Positions 20,186 through 30,379 of a DNA stretch of 64,000 nt are shown one piece after another. Position numbers and translations under genes: made by a program. The notes beneath the pieces are model-generated. The model was not told the DNA's origin, did no database searches, and saw nothing but the letters and a program-made list of their open reading frames with translations. The stretch is taken from NCBI GenBank assembly GCA_963812155.1, contig CAWETW010000004.1, forward strand, positions 1 to 64,000. The letters are read 5' to 3'. The DNA is from Vulcanimicrobiota bacterium. GTDB lineage: Bacteria; Vulcanimicrobiota; Vulcanimicrobiia; Vulcanimicrobiales; Vulcanimicrobiaceae. Positions within the stretch are counted from its first letter, which is position 1. Every line of letters starts with the position of its first letter.

Positions 20186-21367
20186 ATGCGCCGTTGCTTT
20201 CTCGTTGTCGTAGCGCTGCTTCTCGGCTACGCCGTATCGGCGCCGGCGACGACCGGCGCCGTCGAGCTTCCTTCGATTGCGAGCCCGGCGGTGCAATCTG
20301 CTATCGCTTCGGCCGTGCAGCACGATCGCATGCGCTACGGCGGAAACACGCCCGTGCCGGCCGCCGTCATCGGCGTCTGGGACGGCAACGGCCACAGTTA
20401 CGTGCGCACTTTCGGCGACGCCGACCTCGCGCGCAAGGTGCACGTCACCACCAACGACTACTTCCGCGTGGGCAGCAACACCAAGACCTTCGTCGTCGGC
20501 GTGCTGTTGCAGTTGGTTACCGAAAAGAAACTTTCGCTCGACGACCCATTGAGCCGATTCCAGCTCGGCGTCACGATTCCAAACGCCGCGCACATTACGG
20601 TGCGCGAACTCTGCGACATGCGCAGCGGGCTGTACGAAGCCTACGACACGCCGCAGTTTGCCGCGCTGAACTGGAAAGTACCGAAGAATTTCGAGCCGCA
20701 GATGCTGGTCGGCTGGGCCGTTGGACACAAACCGTACTTTCCGCCGAACCGCGGCTATCAATATAGCAACACCAACTACATCCTCTTGGGTCTCATCATC
20801 GAGTCGCTCACGAAAGATACCGTCGGGAACCAAATCCGCAAGCGGCTGATCGAGCCGTTCGGGCTGCGGGCGACGTCGTTTCCCGCGACCGAAGCCATGC
20901 CGCAACCCTGGGCGCGCGGCTACGATCTCGACGCGCAGCGAAACTGGAAAGACGTAAGCAACACGGTCCCGGTTGCATTCATGTGGTCGGCCGGCGCGAT
21001 GATCTCCGATATTCAAGATATCCGCCGCTGGGTTAAACTTTTCGCGACCGGTGCGGCCGGCGGCCGTACGACCTACGCCGATCTCACGCGCTGCATTCCG
21101 TTCCTCGGCAACACGTCGTACGGTCTGGGCATCACCTGCAGCGCCGGCTGGTACGGGTACACGGGCGCACTTCCCGGCTACAATACCGCCGACTACTACT
21201 CGCCGTCGACCGGCTTGACAATCGTCGCCTTCATCAACTACAAAGCCGAACAACCCATCGAAGGGGTCGCGAGCGTGATGGTGCGCGACATTGCCAGAAT
21301 CGTCACGCCGAACCACGTTCCATTCGTCTACACGCAGAGCCAACTGCGAACGATGCTGGGCCGATAA
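20186..21367 (+). CDS. Serine hydrolase, beta-lactamase/D-Ala-D-Ala carboxypeptidase family
   Basis: Signal peptide; FRVGSNTK (SxxK), YSNTNY, GYTG. Confidence 0.9.
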   Translation: MRRCFLVVVALLLGYAVSAPATTGAVELPSIASPAVQSAIASAVQHDRMRYGGNTPVPAAVIGVWDGNGHSYVRTFGDADLARKVHVTTNDYFRVGSNTKTFVVGVLLQLVTEKKLSLDDPLSRFQLGVTIPNAAHITVRELCDMRSGLYEAYDTPQFAALNWKVPKNFEPQMLVGWAVGHKPYFPPNRGYQYSNTNYILLGLIIESLTKDTVGNQIRKRLIEPFGLRATSFPATEAMPQPWARGYDLDAQRNWKDVSNTVPVAFMWSAGAMISDIQDIRRWVKLFATGAAGGRTTYADLTRCIPFLGNTSYGLGITCSAGWYGYTGALPGYNTADYYSPSTGLTIVAFINYKAEQPIEGVASVMVRDIARIVTPNHVPFVYTQSQLRTMLGR

Positions 21368-21384
21368 ACTAGACCGGCAATCCA

Positions 21385-22386
21385 ATGGGACGCTACGAAA
21401 CGACCGCGTCGACGCGAGTGAAGATCGTTACGATCTATACCGTGCTGGTCTCCGCCAACGTCCTCGTATGGGCGCTCGCCTTCGTCTTCTTCTCAAAACC
21501 GCACGCTCTCTTACTCGGAACGGCGCTGCTGGCATTCACGTTCGGACTGCGGCACGCGGTCGATGCCGACCACATTTCGGCGATCGACAACGTTACGCGC
21601 AAACTGATGCAGGACGGCAAACGTCCGGTCGGCGTGGGCCTTTACTTCTCGCTCGGACATTCGACCATCGTCTTTCTCCTGACCGTCGCAATCGCGTTCG
21701 GCGCGAGCGCGGTGCGCAACCGGCTACCGGCGCTCGAGGCGGCCGGCGGCGCCGTGGGCACGAGCATATCCGCCGCCTTCCTTTTGCTGATCGCCGCTAT
21801 CAACGCGCTGGTGCTCGCCGATCTGCTGCGAGCGCTGCGCCGCGTTCGCGCCGGCGAGCGTTACTGCGAGCAGAGCGTAAACGACATCTTGAACGAGCGC
21901 GGACTGCTGGGGCGGTTCTTCAAACCGTTGCTGCGACTGGTTTCGCGCAGCCGCGACATGTATCTCATCGGCTTTCTCTTCGGCCTGGGATTCGATACCG
22001 CGACCGAAGTCGGCGTGCTCGGCATCGCCGCAATCGAAGCCGGCAAAGGCGTGCCGATTTGGACGATCCTGCTGCTGCCGGCGCTGTTTGCCGCAGGCAT
22101 GTCGCTCGTCGATACGACCGACGGAATCCTCATGCTCGGCGCATATGGTTGGGCGTTCCTCGACCCGGCGCGCAAACTCTACTACAACGTTGCGATTACG
22201 GCGGCGTCGGTGTTAACCGCCGTTGTGGTCGGAGGCATCGAACTCTCGAGCCTCGCCCGCGGCGCGATTGGGATCGGCTGGCTTGGCTACGCCGTCGTCG
22301 CAACGCTCGCGCTGGGATCGGTTGCTTCGATGGCGTTTTACGCCCTGCGCCGCAATCGCGACCGCAAAATTTCCGCTTCCGGGTGA
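21385..22386 (+). CDS. HoxN/HupN/NixA family Ni/Co transporter (NiCoT)
   Basis: GLRHAVDADHI, FSLGHSTIV, GLGFDTATE signatures. Confidence 0.92.
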   Translation: MGRYETTASTRVKIVTIYTVLVSANVLVWALAFVFFSKPHALLLGTALLAFTFGLRHAVDADHISAIDNVTRKLMQDGKRPVGVGLYFSLGHSTIVFLLTVAIAFGASAVRNRLPALEAAGGAVGTSISAAFLLLIAAINALVLADLLRALRRVRAGERYCEQSVNDILNERGLLGRFFKPLLRLVSRSRDMYLIGFLFGLGFDTATEVGVLGIAAIEAGKGVPIWTILLLPALFAAGMSLVDTTDGILMLGAYGWAFLDPARKLYYNVAITAASVLTAVVVGGIELSSLARGAIGIGWLGYAVVATLALGSVASMAFYALRRNRDRKISASG

Positions 22387-22398
22387 TTCCGCGCGCGG

Positions 22399-22845
22399 CT
22401 AGCGCGCCGCGACGGGCGGACAATCGGCGTCGGCGCGGCCCTTGGCCGGAAGGTAGGTGCCGATCTTGTACACGACCGCGACCGTCAGATTGTAGCCGTT
22501 GCTCTCGTCGTAAATCGTCGCCGGCCCAACGTTGAGTGGACCGGTGAAGGTCTCGCCGGCATGAATCACGGCGGTGTTTCCGGTCGGCCGCCGCTCCCCG
22601 GTCCAGCCCCGGATCGTGGCGACGGCATATTCTTCGGGCAGGGGTGAGGTCGCGAAGACGTAGGTCCGGCACGGCTGCGGAAGCCGCATGCCCGGCGTGG
22701 GCTCGTTCGGAACGTACCACAACACCCACCTCTCGGGCTCTGCTTTGGCGCTACAGCCGGAGGCCGCCAGCGTGACACCGGCCAGGGCGAGGAGCGTCGC
22801 GGTAAAGCAAAAGCGCTTTGCGAATGCAGACACGTGAGGCCGCAC
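22399..22845 (-). CDS. Hypothetical lipoprotein
   Basis: Hydrophobic N-terminus ending ASGC. Confidence 0.55.
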   Translation of the reverse strand: MRPHVSAFAKRFCFTATLLALAGVTLAASGCSAKAEPERWVLWYVPNEPTPGMRLPQPCRTYVFATSPLPEEYAVATIRGWTGERRPTGNTAVIHAGETFTGPLNVGPATIYDESNGYNLTVAVVYKIGTYLPAKGRADADCPPVAAR

Positions 22846-22922
22846 TTTAATGAACCCTCCGAGGGAGCGCTTGGATTAAGGCGGGAGGTACACTCTTGAC
22901 GGAGCAATTTCCTGGCGTCGAG

Positions 22923-23687
22923 ATGGGCAACGCGATGGTGGTCCTAGGGGAATCGAGCCGGGCGTTTGCGGCGGCGCTGGCCCTGCTTACGGCGGGGGCC
23001 GAGGGTCCGCCCGCACCCGTCCCCGCGTTCGACGCGCCGGCGGTCGTCGCCGCCGCCGCGCAGACCCTCGCAACCGAGCGAAGCGGGATCGTAGCAATGC
23101 ACCGCCACGTCGTCGCGCAACAGCACGCGCCGGCGCACGACGGAACGCTCGACGAACAAGCCGGCGTCCTGCGCGAAGACAATCACGTCATTGCCGTCCA
23201 CGTGTATAACCGGCAGAGCGGCGGTGCGGCGGGTGCGACGCTGGTAAAAGCACAAACCGACGCCGAGAATAATCTACCCGACGACAGTTACCAGTTGCCG
23301 CTACGCGAAGATTTTCTCGCGGACTACACCTTCGAAAGCGCGGCCTGCGCCGGTTGCGCCGCCGGGAACGTCGCGGTGCGGTTCACGAGCACCAAGCGCA
23401 ACGAGACTCACGGCGATGGCATCGCCGTCATCGACATCGCCTCGCATCACTTCGTACGGCTCGACTTCGTTCCGAGCGTGCTGCCCAATCACGTCGATAA
23501 GGCATCGATCTCGATCGTCCTGGGCCGTACCCTTCCCGACCTGTGGGACGTCGTGGAAACCGATCAGCACTATTCGGGTCACATGCTCTTTATCAGCGGC
23601 GGCGCCGACATCACGACCTCGCTGGGAAACTATCGCCGCTTCAAATCGCGCGACGACGGGCTCAAAGCACTCGATCGCGGCGTGTAG
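22923..23687 (+). CDS. Exported hypothetical protein
   Basis: Long ORF with N-terminal hydrophobic stretch. Confidence 0.6.
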   Translation: MGNAMVVLGESSRAFAAALALLTAGAEGPPAPVPAFDAPAVVAAAAQTLATERSGIVAMHRHVVAQQHAPAHDGTLDEQAGVLREDNHVIAVHVYNRQSGGAAGATLVKAQTDAENNLPDDSYQLPLREDFLADYTFESAACAGCAAGNVAVRFTSTKRNETHGDGIAVIDIASHHFVRLDFVPSVLPNHVDKASISIVLGRTLPDLWDVVETDQHYSGHMLFISGGADITTSLGNYRRFKSRDDGLKALDRGV

Positions 23688-24200
23688 TCAATCGCTCGGA
23701 TTCGGCGTCGGCGTGGGTTGAGCGTGCAGCGGACCGCCGCCGGCGCCGCGATTGGGTCCCGGCAGCGTGCCGATTCCCGAAGCTTGACGAATCGCGTTGA
23801 CGCTCGAAACTAAGGCGGTGAGCGGAGCACGATCCGACGGACAGTCGAGATCCGGCGACGTCCAGCCGTGCCACGTGACGCGCGTCGTCGTGCCGAACGA
23901 CGCGCTCTTCATGCACGGCTCACCCGCGACGTTGCCCGACCGCACGGCTTTGAGATTTGCAAAGAAGCGGCTCGCGACCGAGTTCGTCACGGCGAACGAT
24001 TTGGGGGCACCACGGCTGACGCCGCGATTCTGCACGACGATCGTCGCGCTGCCGTCAGACCACACGTCAATGCGATAGCCGGGCGTATTGGTCGAACCGG
24101 AATCGAGGATCGTCGCACCGTCGCGCGCGGGCGTTGCGCTTGCGTGCGCGAGACATCCGAAGACCGCGGCTACCGCCAACAGGATCGCCGCACCCCGCAT
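23688..24200 (-). CDS. Secreted hypothetical protein
   Basis: Signal peptide MRGAAILLAVAAVFGCLAHASA; Cys pair; PTPTP tail. Confidence 0.65.
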   Translation of the reverse strand: MRGAAILLAVAAVFGCLAHASATPARDGATILDSGSTNTPGYRIDVWSDGSATIVVQNRGVSRGAPKSFAVTNSVASRFFANLKAVRSGNVAGEPCMKSASFGTTTRVTWHGWTSPDLDCPSDRAPLTALVSSVNAIRQASGIGTLPGPNRGAGGGPLHAQPTPTPNPSD

Positions 24201-24216
24201 CGTGCCGGGGCCGCCT

Positions 24217-25503
24217 TTAGAACGCGCCGAGTCCATTCGGCGTTCCCCAACCCGACGGACCGTCAAAGCCCTTGGCGGCATTGCAGATGTATTTTACGCT
24301 GGATGCGCAGTAGCCGCTCACGCGCTGGTACACGTTGCTTCCGACGGTCTGATCGTAGAGACTGCCGTGATTCGTCCAGACATGTTCGGGGCCGTTGATC
24401 TGCGCCGCATTCCGGGCTCGTCCGAAGATGCCGGCGATGAGCGGCGCCGAGACGCTCGTACCGCCGAATGCCGTCCAGCCGCCGACGTAGACGGCAACCG
24501 GCGCGAGCACCGACGCCTCGGCCGACACGTCGGCCTCCGAGCGCATCTTACATCCGGCGTCGTGCTGCCACGACGGCTTCTTCACGACGATGCTGCAGCC
24601 GCTTCCGGTGGCGCCGCACGGTCCACTGCAAAAATCGTCGGCGAGTTCGTTCCAGATCGATTCTTTCCAGCCGCGGTCGTTGGTGGCGTGCACGAGCTTC
24701 GTGCCGCCGGCGCAGACCACCGATGGCAGCGAACACGGTTGCTGCGGACCGCCGCAATCGGCCAACCCGCCGCCCTGATCGCCGGAGCTGGCTACGTACA
24801 CGTGGCCCGGCTGCGAAAACGCGGAATCGGATCCTTCACCGGGACCGCCGCACTTCGTGTACTCGCTGCCCCCGAACGAGGTGCTGATGACGACCGCACC
24901 GAGCTTCGCCGCCTCTCGTACCGCTGTATAGAGATCGCTCGTGTAATCCGAGTTCGCCTGAACGAGGACGATGTGGCAGCGCGGACAGGCTGCCGAAACC
25001 ATATCCAGATCGAGCGCCTGCTCTTGATCCCAGCCGCCATTGGCCGGAGGCGGCTGCGTGCCGCCGGTTTGATTGCGAATCACCAAACAACCGTTGCCGG
25101 TCGTGCACGAGATTAACTTGTAGTACGAACGATAGATGGCGAGATCGCTCGATGCATGCGGATAGCCGTACGCGTCGACGATCGCGACCTTCGTACCGTT
25201 GCCGAATGGAATTTTGTACGCGTGCTGAAGATCTTGTGCGCCGTACCCCTGGTGTGTGGCGTTGGCGTCGTCCATCGCGGCGCGCAGGTCGCTTCGCTCG
25301 AGCGCGAAACAGCGCATCTCACCCGGATGTGCCGGCGCGGGACAAACGGTATGAACCGCATTGGGCGAAAGTAATGGAATCTCGCCGGTGCCGGCAGCAG
25401 AAAACGCCGCCGTTTGCGCGGGCGGCATCACGGCGCCGCCGTGACAAGCCGTCAGTGCGGCGATGGCGAAGAGTGCGGTTGCACGAATGACGTTGCGGCT
25501 CAC
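24217..25503 (-). CDS. S53 (sedolisin-like) peptidase lipoprotein
   Basis: Lipobox LTAC; EQALD, SSGD, GGTSVSAP, GFDGPSGWGTP. Confidence 0.85.
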   Translation of the reverse strand: MSRNVIRATALFAIAALTACHGGAVMPPAQTAAFSAAGTGEIPLLSPNAVHTVCPAPAHPGEMRCFALERSDLRAAMDDANATHQGYGAQDLQHAYKIPFGNGTKVAIVDAYGYPHASSDLAIYRSYYKLISCTTGNGCLVIRNQTGGTQPPPANGGWDQEQALDLDMVSAACPRCHIVLVQANSDYTSDLYTAVREAAKLGAVVISTSFGGSEYTKCGGPGEGSDSAFSQPGHVYVASSGDQGGGLADCGGPQQPCSLPSVVCAGGTKLVHATNDRGWKESIWNELADDFCSGPCGATGSGCSIVVKKPSWQHDAGCKMRSEADVSAEASVLAPVAVYVGGWTAFGGTSVSAPLIAGIFGRARNAAQINGPEHVWTNHGSLYDQTVGSNVYQRVSGYCASSVKYICNAAKGFDGPSGWGTPNGLGAF

Positions 25504-25559
25504 GAAAACCTCCAGGGACCCCTTTGAGAGCGGGGTGTTTGCTTATCGATAAACGCGGG

Positions 25560-26033
25560 ATGGACGTTGCTGGTTCCCCGGCGCGTCTGCGGATTCCGGC
25601 TCACTGGGGTCATGATTTGATCGTCGAAACCGCGGATGAAGCGATCGTTTCGAGCACCTTCGTGCGGCACTGCAGGGGTGCCGTCGAGAAACCCGCCGGG
25701 GCGCTGCTTGCCGCCGCCGCCGAGCAGGTTCGCGCGTATTTCTCGCGCCGGCTGCGGCACTTCGACCTGCCGCTCGCTCCTCTCGGTACCCCGTTCCAGC
25801 AAGCCGTATGGGCGCTGGTTGCGGAACTTTCGTTCGGAGAATTCGTCTCCTATGCCGACGTCGCCCGAGGCGCCGGCCGCCCCTTGGCACATCGCGGCGT
25901 CGCTGCGGCGATGCGCGAAACGCCGATCGCGCTCTTCATCCCCGCGCATCGCGTCGTCGGCAGCGACGGACGCATCCGAGGCGCGAGCCCGCTCTCGATG
26001 CGCGCACGGCTCGCCGCCTTCGAGCGTCAGTAG
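25560..26033 (+). CDS. Ogt-like alkyltransferase family protein with PAHR instead of PCHR (ATL-like)
   Basis: GTPFQQAVW, SYADVA, RGVAAA, IPAHRVVGSDG. Confidence 0.85.
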   Translation: MDVAGSPARLRIPAHWGHDLIVETADEAIVSSTFVRHCRGAVEKPAGALLAAAAEQVRAYFSRRLRHFDLPLAPLGTPFQQAVWALVAELSFGEFVSYADVARGAGRPLAHRGVAAAMRETPIALFIPAHRVVGSDGRIRGASPLSMRARLAAFERQ

Positions 26034-27487
26034 TCCATTTCGGCCGGAGCGCTCTGCTGCGCGGCAAGGCACGTCTGATAGTTGGGCGGCGCAGGAATCG
26101 GCCTGAAGGTCGTCGGTTTCTGCGAAAACTGGAAGACGTCGTCGTATGCGTCGGCGCGCTGATCGTCGTAGATGTGCTGCGAGCCTTTTCCAACGAACGG
26201 CAGACCGAATATCTTTTCAATGAAGTGTAACGCCGACGCGGTCTCGTGCCGCGATTTCGAAACGTAATGCGTCTTGGCGTACGGTGAGATGACGATCAAC
26301 GGGACGCGATACCCCAAGCCTTCGTACGCTTTGGTTTCCGAGTTGGGATACTGTTGCGGAAGCATATGGTCGAACCAGCCGCCCCACTCGTCCCACGTCA
26401 CGATGATTGCCGTGCTCTTCCAATACTGGCTTTGACCGATTGCATTGACGACTTGCGTCACCCACGCCGGGCCGCACGCCCCGGAGCCTCCTCCCGCATG
26501 GTCGGACGCCCCGCCGTGCGGCATCACCCACGTCACGTCGGCCAACTTCCCGTTCGCGACGTCGTTGACGACTTGCCAATCCGGCGTGACGACGTTGGCA
26601 TAGTCCGCACCGTAACGCACCGCCTTGATAGCATCGAACGCATCGAGCCAATACGAATCCTCGTTATGGCCGTTGAGCGTCTTCGGCTGTTTGTACCATT
26701 TCCACGTCACCTTTGCGCTATCGAGCAAATCGGCGACCGAAGGATACGTAAAGCACGGATCGCCTCCCAGCACCTCGTGACCGACCGCCGGCGGAAACTC
26801 CGGCGGGTCGGACGCGCCGTACTGCAGGTACCATTCTTCCTCTTTGGGAGCGTCGCAGCCCCAGGGCATTTTCGAGGGAACTTCCGACGCGTGTCCCTCC
26901 TGGCCGGCGATCAACTCCTGATGCGTACCAAAACTCGGACCGTTCGTCGAAGCAAAATTATGATCGCCGAGCGTGTACTGGGAAGCCATCGTCCAATACG
27001 CTTGGATGTCGGACTTCTTGACGTACGAGAAAGCCAACTGATGGTCGTGCTGGCCCGAGCGATAGGCCCAGCACGACGGGTGATTCACCCAGTCCGCGTA
27101 CGGACAGCCCGGCATCAATTCATACGGCGACGAACCATATATCAATCGGTCCCAGCCGTCGTTCTTTCCGCCGTCGTAATCCTCGAGAAACTGATAGTGA
27201 TAGTGATTGACGTCGAACCCATACTTGAGCGGGAGTTCCTGCAGCGTGTACTTCACGCCGTGCCCGTAGCCCGACGTTGCGCTAGCTGCACCCGGAAATC
27301 CGCGAAAGAAATTGTCGAAGCTGCGGTTTTCTTGCATGATGACGACGACGTGCGTAATCGGGAACGACGTACGGTGTCGCACGTGGAAACCGGCATTCGG
27401 AGCCGCCGGCAGCCCCGGCGACTGCCCGTAGGGCGAACTGCAAGCCGTCGCCGCGACGGCGAAGAGTGTGACGGCGAGCCGTTTCAT
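26027..27487 (-). CDS. Phospholipase C/phosphoesterase family lipoprotein
   Basis: Lipobox ATAC; MQENRSFDN, WDEWGGWFDH, GYRVPLIVISPY. Confidence 0.9.
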   Translation of the reverse strand: MKRLAVTLFAVAATACSSPYGQSPGLPAAPNAGFHVRHRTSFPITHVVVIMQENRSFDNFFRGFPGAASATSGYGHGVKYTLQELPLKYGFDVNHYHYQFLEDYDGGKNDGWDRLIYGSSPYELMPGCPYADWVNHPSCWAYRSGQHDHQLAFSYVKKSDIQAYWTMASQYTLGDHNFASTNGPSFGTHQELIAGQEGHASEVPSKMPWGCDAPKEEEWYLQYGASDPPEFPPAVGHEVLGGDPCFTYPSVADLLDSAKVTWKWYKQPKTLNGHNEDSYWLDAFDAIKAVRYGADYANVVTPDWQVVNDVANGKLADVTWVMPHGGASDHAGGGSGACGPAWVTQVVNAIGQSQYWKSTAIIVTWDEWGGWFDHMLPQQYPNSETKAYEGLGYRVPLIVISPYAKTHYVSKSRHETASALHFIEKIFGLPFVGKGSQHIYDDQRADAYDDVFQFSQKPTTFRPIPAPPNYQTCLAAQQSAPAEMDY

Positions 27488-27518
27488 CCTACTCCTTTCC
27501 TGCGCGTTCAAAACCCCA

Positions 27519-29637
27519 TCACAACATCGTCACCGCATTCGCGGCATCTGCGTTCGCAACGGTCTCCTCCAAGAAGCGCGCGTTGTACTCGACGATATCG
27601 GCGACGTGCGGAAACTGCGGATGCCGCCGTTCGGACGCAAGGCGATACGAGATGCCGTCGCGTTCGAGAATCTTCCACGCCACCATACGCGGCAGCGCCG
27701 CCCGTACTTTCGCCCCCGGGCTCGCGCGCAACTCCGGATCGACGAAGAGCTGGGGCGGAATCGCGCGCAGGTGCGATTCCACGCCGGCCACTGCCTGCTC
27801 GCAAAGAAACGGCTCCCCCCGCGTGCATAGCCACTTCGCGAGCAGTTGGCTTGCGACCACCGGACGCAGCGCTGCGAGCGGCCTGCGTCAGCCGCGCGCG
27901 ATCGTCGAGCCGCCCGACGCGAAAGAGCATGGAGAGCCGTTTTGACACGAACGGATCGTAACTCACGCCCGCGACATAGACGGTCCCCAGCGGCGCGAGG
28001 CGATCGATCGCGCCGCGCACCGGTCCGATCGTTGCGTCGACGCAAGAGCGCGCTTCCGGCGCGAGATAGAAGGTCGCGCCGCGGCGCACGATGTCTTCCA
28101 TGCCCGGTTCGTTTTCAAGCGGAAATAAGCCGAGGGCCACGAACAGCGGGCCGGCGTCGACGCGACGCAGCAGGAACCCCAACCACGGAAAACGCGTGGC
28201 TAAGAATCCAGGCTCGTACATGCGGCGTGAGCCGGCGGTGAAGATTGCGTCCCGCCAGAAACTCCACTCGACGAACGTCGTGGAAACGATCGTCATCGCT
28301 TCGAGGTCGTGCTGGTGATTGGCGACGACGAGCGCCGGTCCGCGACGGCGCGGGATTCTCCCCCAGTGGCGAATGCGATACGCAATACGGACCCACACGT
28401 AGGTACTCGTGTAGGCGGCAACGCGCAACGGCCATCCCCACAGCGACGAAATGGGCCGCCGCCCGACGCGCAGCACGGAGAGCGATGCGAATGCGAAATT
28501 CAAGCCGGCCAGCGCGAAAACGGCTTGATAGCCCGCGCGCCCGCCGTGAAACGACGCGATCAGCCACCCTCCGACAAGCGGTGCGACGACGTTGGGAAGG
28601 TGCGACGCAACGCCCCATAACCCCAAATCGCGGGCGACGTCGCGCATCGCCGGAATCGAGTCCATCGCCAACGCCCAGCCGCTCGAGAACACGCCGCCGA
28701 AGCCCACTCCGAACAGGAATGCATAGAGGAAAATCCACTGCGGGGCGGGGGCGATGGCGAATCCGATAGCCGCAATCGCCATCGGGACGCCGGCGCAGGC
28801 GGTGACGATTTTGCGCGGCGCGCGATCGGAAAGAATGCCGATGTAGATCGACGATCCCGTTGCGCCGATCATCGTGCAAAACGCCGCGATCGCCGTCCCC
28901 AACGAAGGGTTTGGAAGCCGCTGCACGTCGCGGAAATAGTACAACACGAACGTTTGCAGCAGCACGAGGCCGAAGAAGACGAACGCGCGCGCCGCGAACA
29001 CGACGCCGAAGTCGTGCCAGTCGCGGACGTGGGCTCGGTCGGGTTCTTGCCATTGCGTCTCGTGCACCCAAAAGAGCGACACGGCGCAGACGGTCACGAC
29101 CACCGCCGCAGCGATGAAGGTGAAGCTCGGGCTGGGCGCCGCGCCGGCGATACTCAGTCCCAAGATCGTGCCGAGAAGACTGGCCGCGCCCCGCACGCCG
29201 GAAACGGCGCCCCACTTACTGCGCGGAATGAGTTCCGGGAGCAGCACCTGATACGCCGCAAGCGCGACGTTCGATGCGACGATTGCGACCACCAAACAGA
29301 TTGCGAACGCAACGAGGCCGTGCGTGAACGGAAGCGCCACGAGCGCCGCCACGTCGACCGCCAGGCCGGCCAGCACGTACGCGCGCCGTTCGCCACCGCG
29401 ACGGCGGCTGCGGTCCGAGAACCATCCGGCGAGCGGCGGAACGACCATCGCCGCCAACGCCGCAGCGCTGGCCAGCACCGAAAGGACGATGACGTGCGCT
29501 CCCGGCGCCAACTGCAGCAGCGCCGCCGGCACGGCGATCGTCATCAGTGCCGCGTCTTGAAACGTCAGCGGAATCCAGAGCGCGTTGAGAACGATCCACG
29601 AGACGATCTCGCGGAAGCGATTGGGACCTTCCGTCAA
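27519..29637 (-). CDS. MFS transporter fused to a PlsC-like acyltransferase domain (C-terminal frameshifts)
   Basis: About 12 TM helices with GWFSDRSR and GILSDR; then LVVANHQHDLE and YLAPEA; tail continues in alternative frames to the stop at 27519. Confidence 0.75.
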
Positions 29638-29641
29638 CGCG

Positions 29642-30328
29642 CTACTGTTTGACGGCGTCGATCAGCACGACCCCGCGACCGCCGAAGTCCCGCAGTTGCG
29701 CGAGCGCGCCGACGGCCGCGCCGATCGGCGTATCCGGATTGGTCGCCTCGGCTACGGAGAAACCGGTTTGTTTGCGCACCTGCGCGTCGATCGAGTCGCG
29801 CAAGGATTGCGGCAAGAGCTTGAATTTTCCGACCACGCCCAGCATCGGGCCGGCTTTCTCGTCGAGCGTCTGCGGATCGACCGCGAGCACGACGACCTCG
29901 TGGCGCTTTCCGCTCTCCACCCGTTCGAACACCACGAAATCAAAGCCGAGATCGCGCGTGTGCGCACGCACCGCTTCGACGCCGTTCCCGTGTACGACCG
30001 ATACGTACCCGCGGGGCGGATTTGCATCGAGATTCTGCAGCCAGGTTTCGAGCGACGGCATGAGTGCCTGCGTTCCCGCGACCACGTCGTGTCCGTCGTA
30101 GGTTCCGGCGCCTTGCGACAACAGCGCGCTGTCGCCGAATCCGGGTCGCGACGAAATGGTTTGGTGCCACGCGCGCGACGACAGCACCGCCGCCCCGTCG
30201 AAGAGCGGAAAATCCACGGGATTAGTCGCCGCCGGGCCCGAGCTGGCGCCCGTTCCGCCGCTGCGAGCGCCGCTCGAGCACGCCGCCAACACTGCGACAA
30301 GGGCGAACGATGTCATCCTCCACGCCAT
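29642..30328 (-). CDS. Hypothetical lipoprotein
   Basis: Lipobox LAAC followed by a Gly/Ser linker. Confidence 0.65.
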   Translation of the reverse strand: MAWRMTSFALVAVLAACSSGARSGGTGASSGPAATNPVDFPLFDGAAVLSSRAWHQTISSRPGFGDSALLSQGAGTYDGHDVVAGTQALMPSLETWLQNLDANPPRGYVSVVHGNGVEAVRAHTRDLGFDFVVFERVESGKRHEVVVLAVDPQTLDEKAGPMLGVVGKFKLLPQSLRDSIDAQVRKQTGFSVAEATNPDTPIGAAVGALAQLRDFGGRGVVLIDAVKQ

Positions 30329-30379
30329 CGACGAGCCGTTTCGAGGAGATGGAGTCGGTCCCCCGTAAGGGGTCCAATC

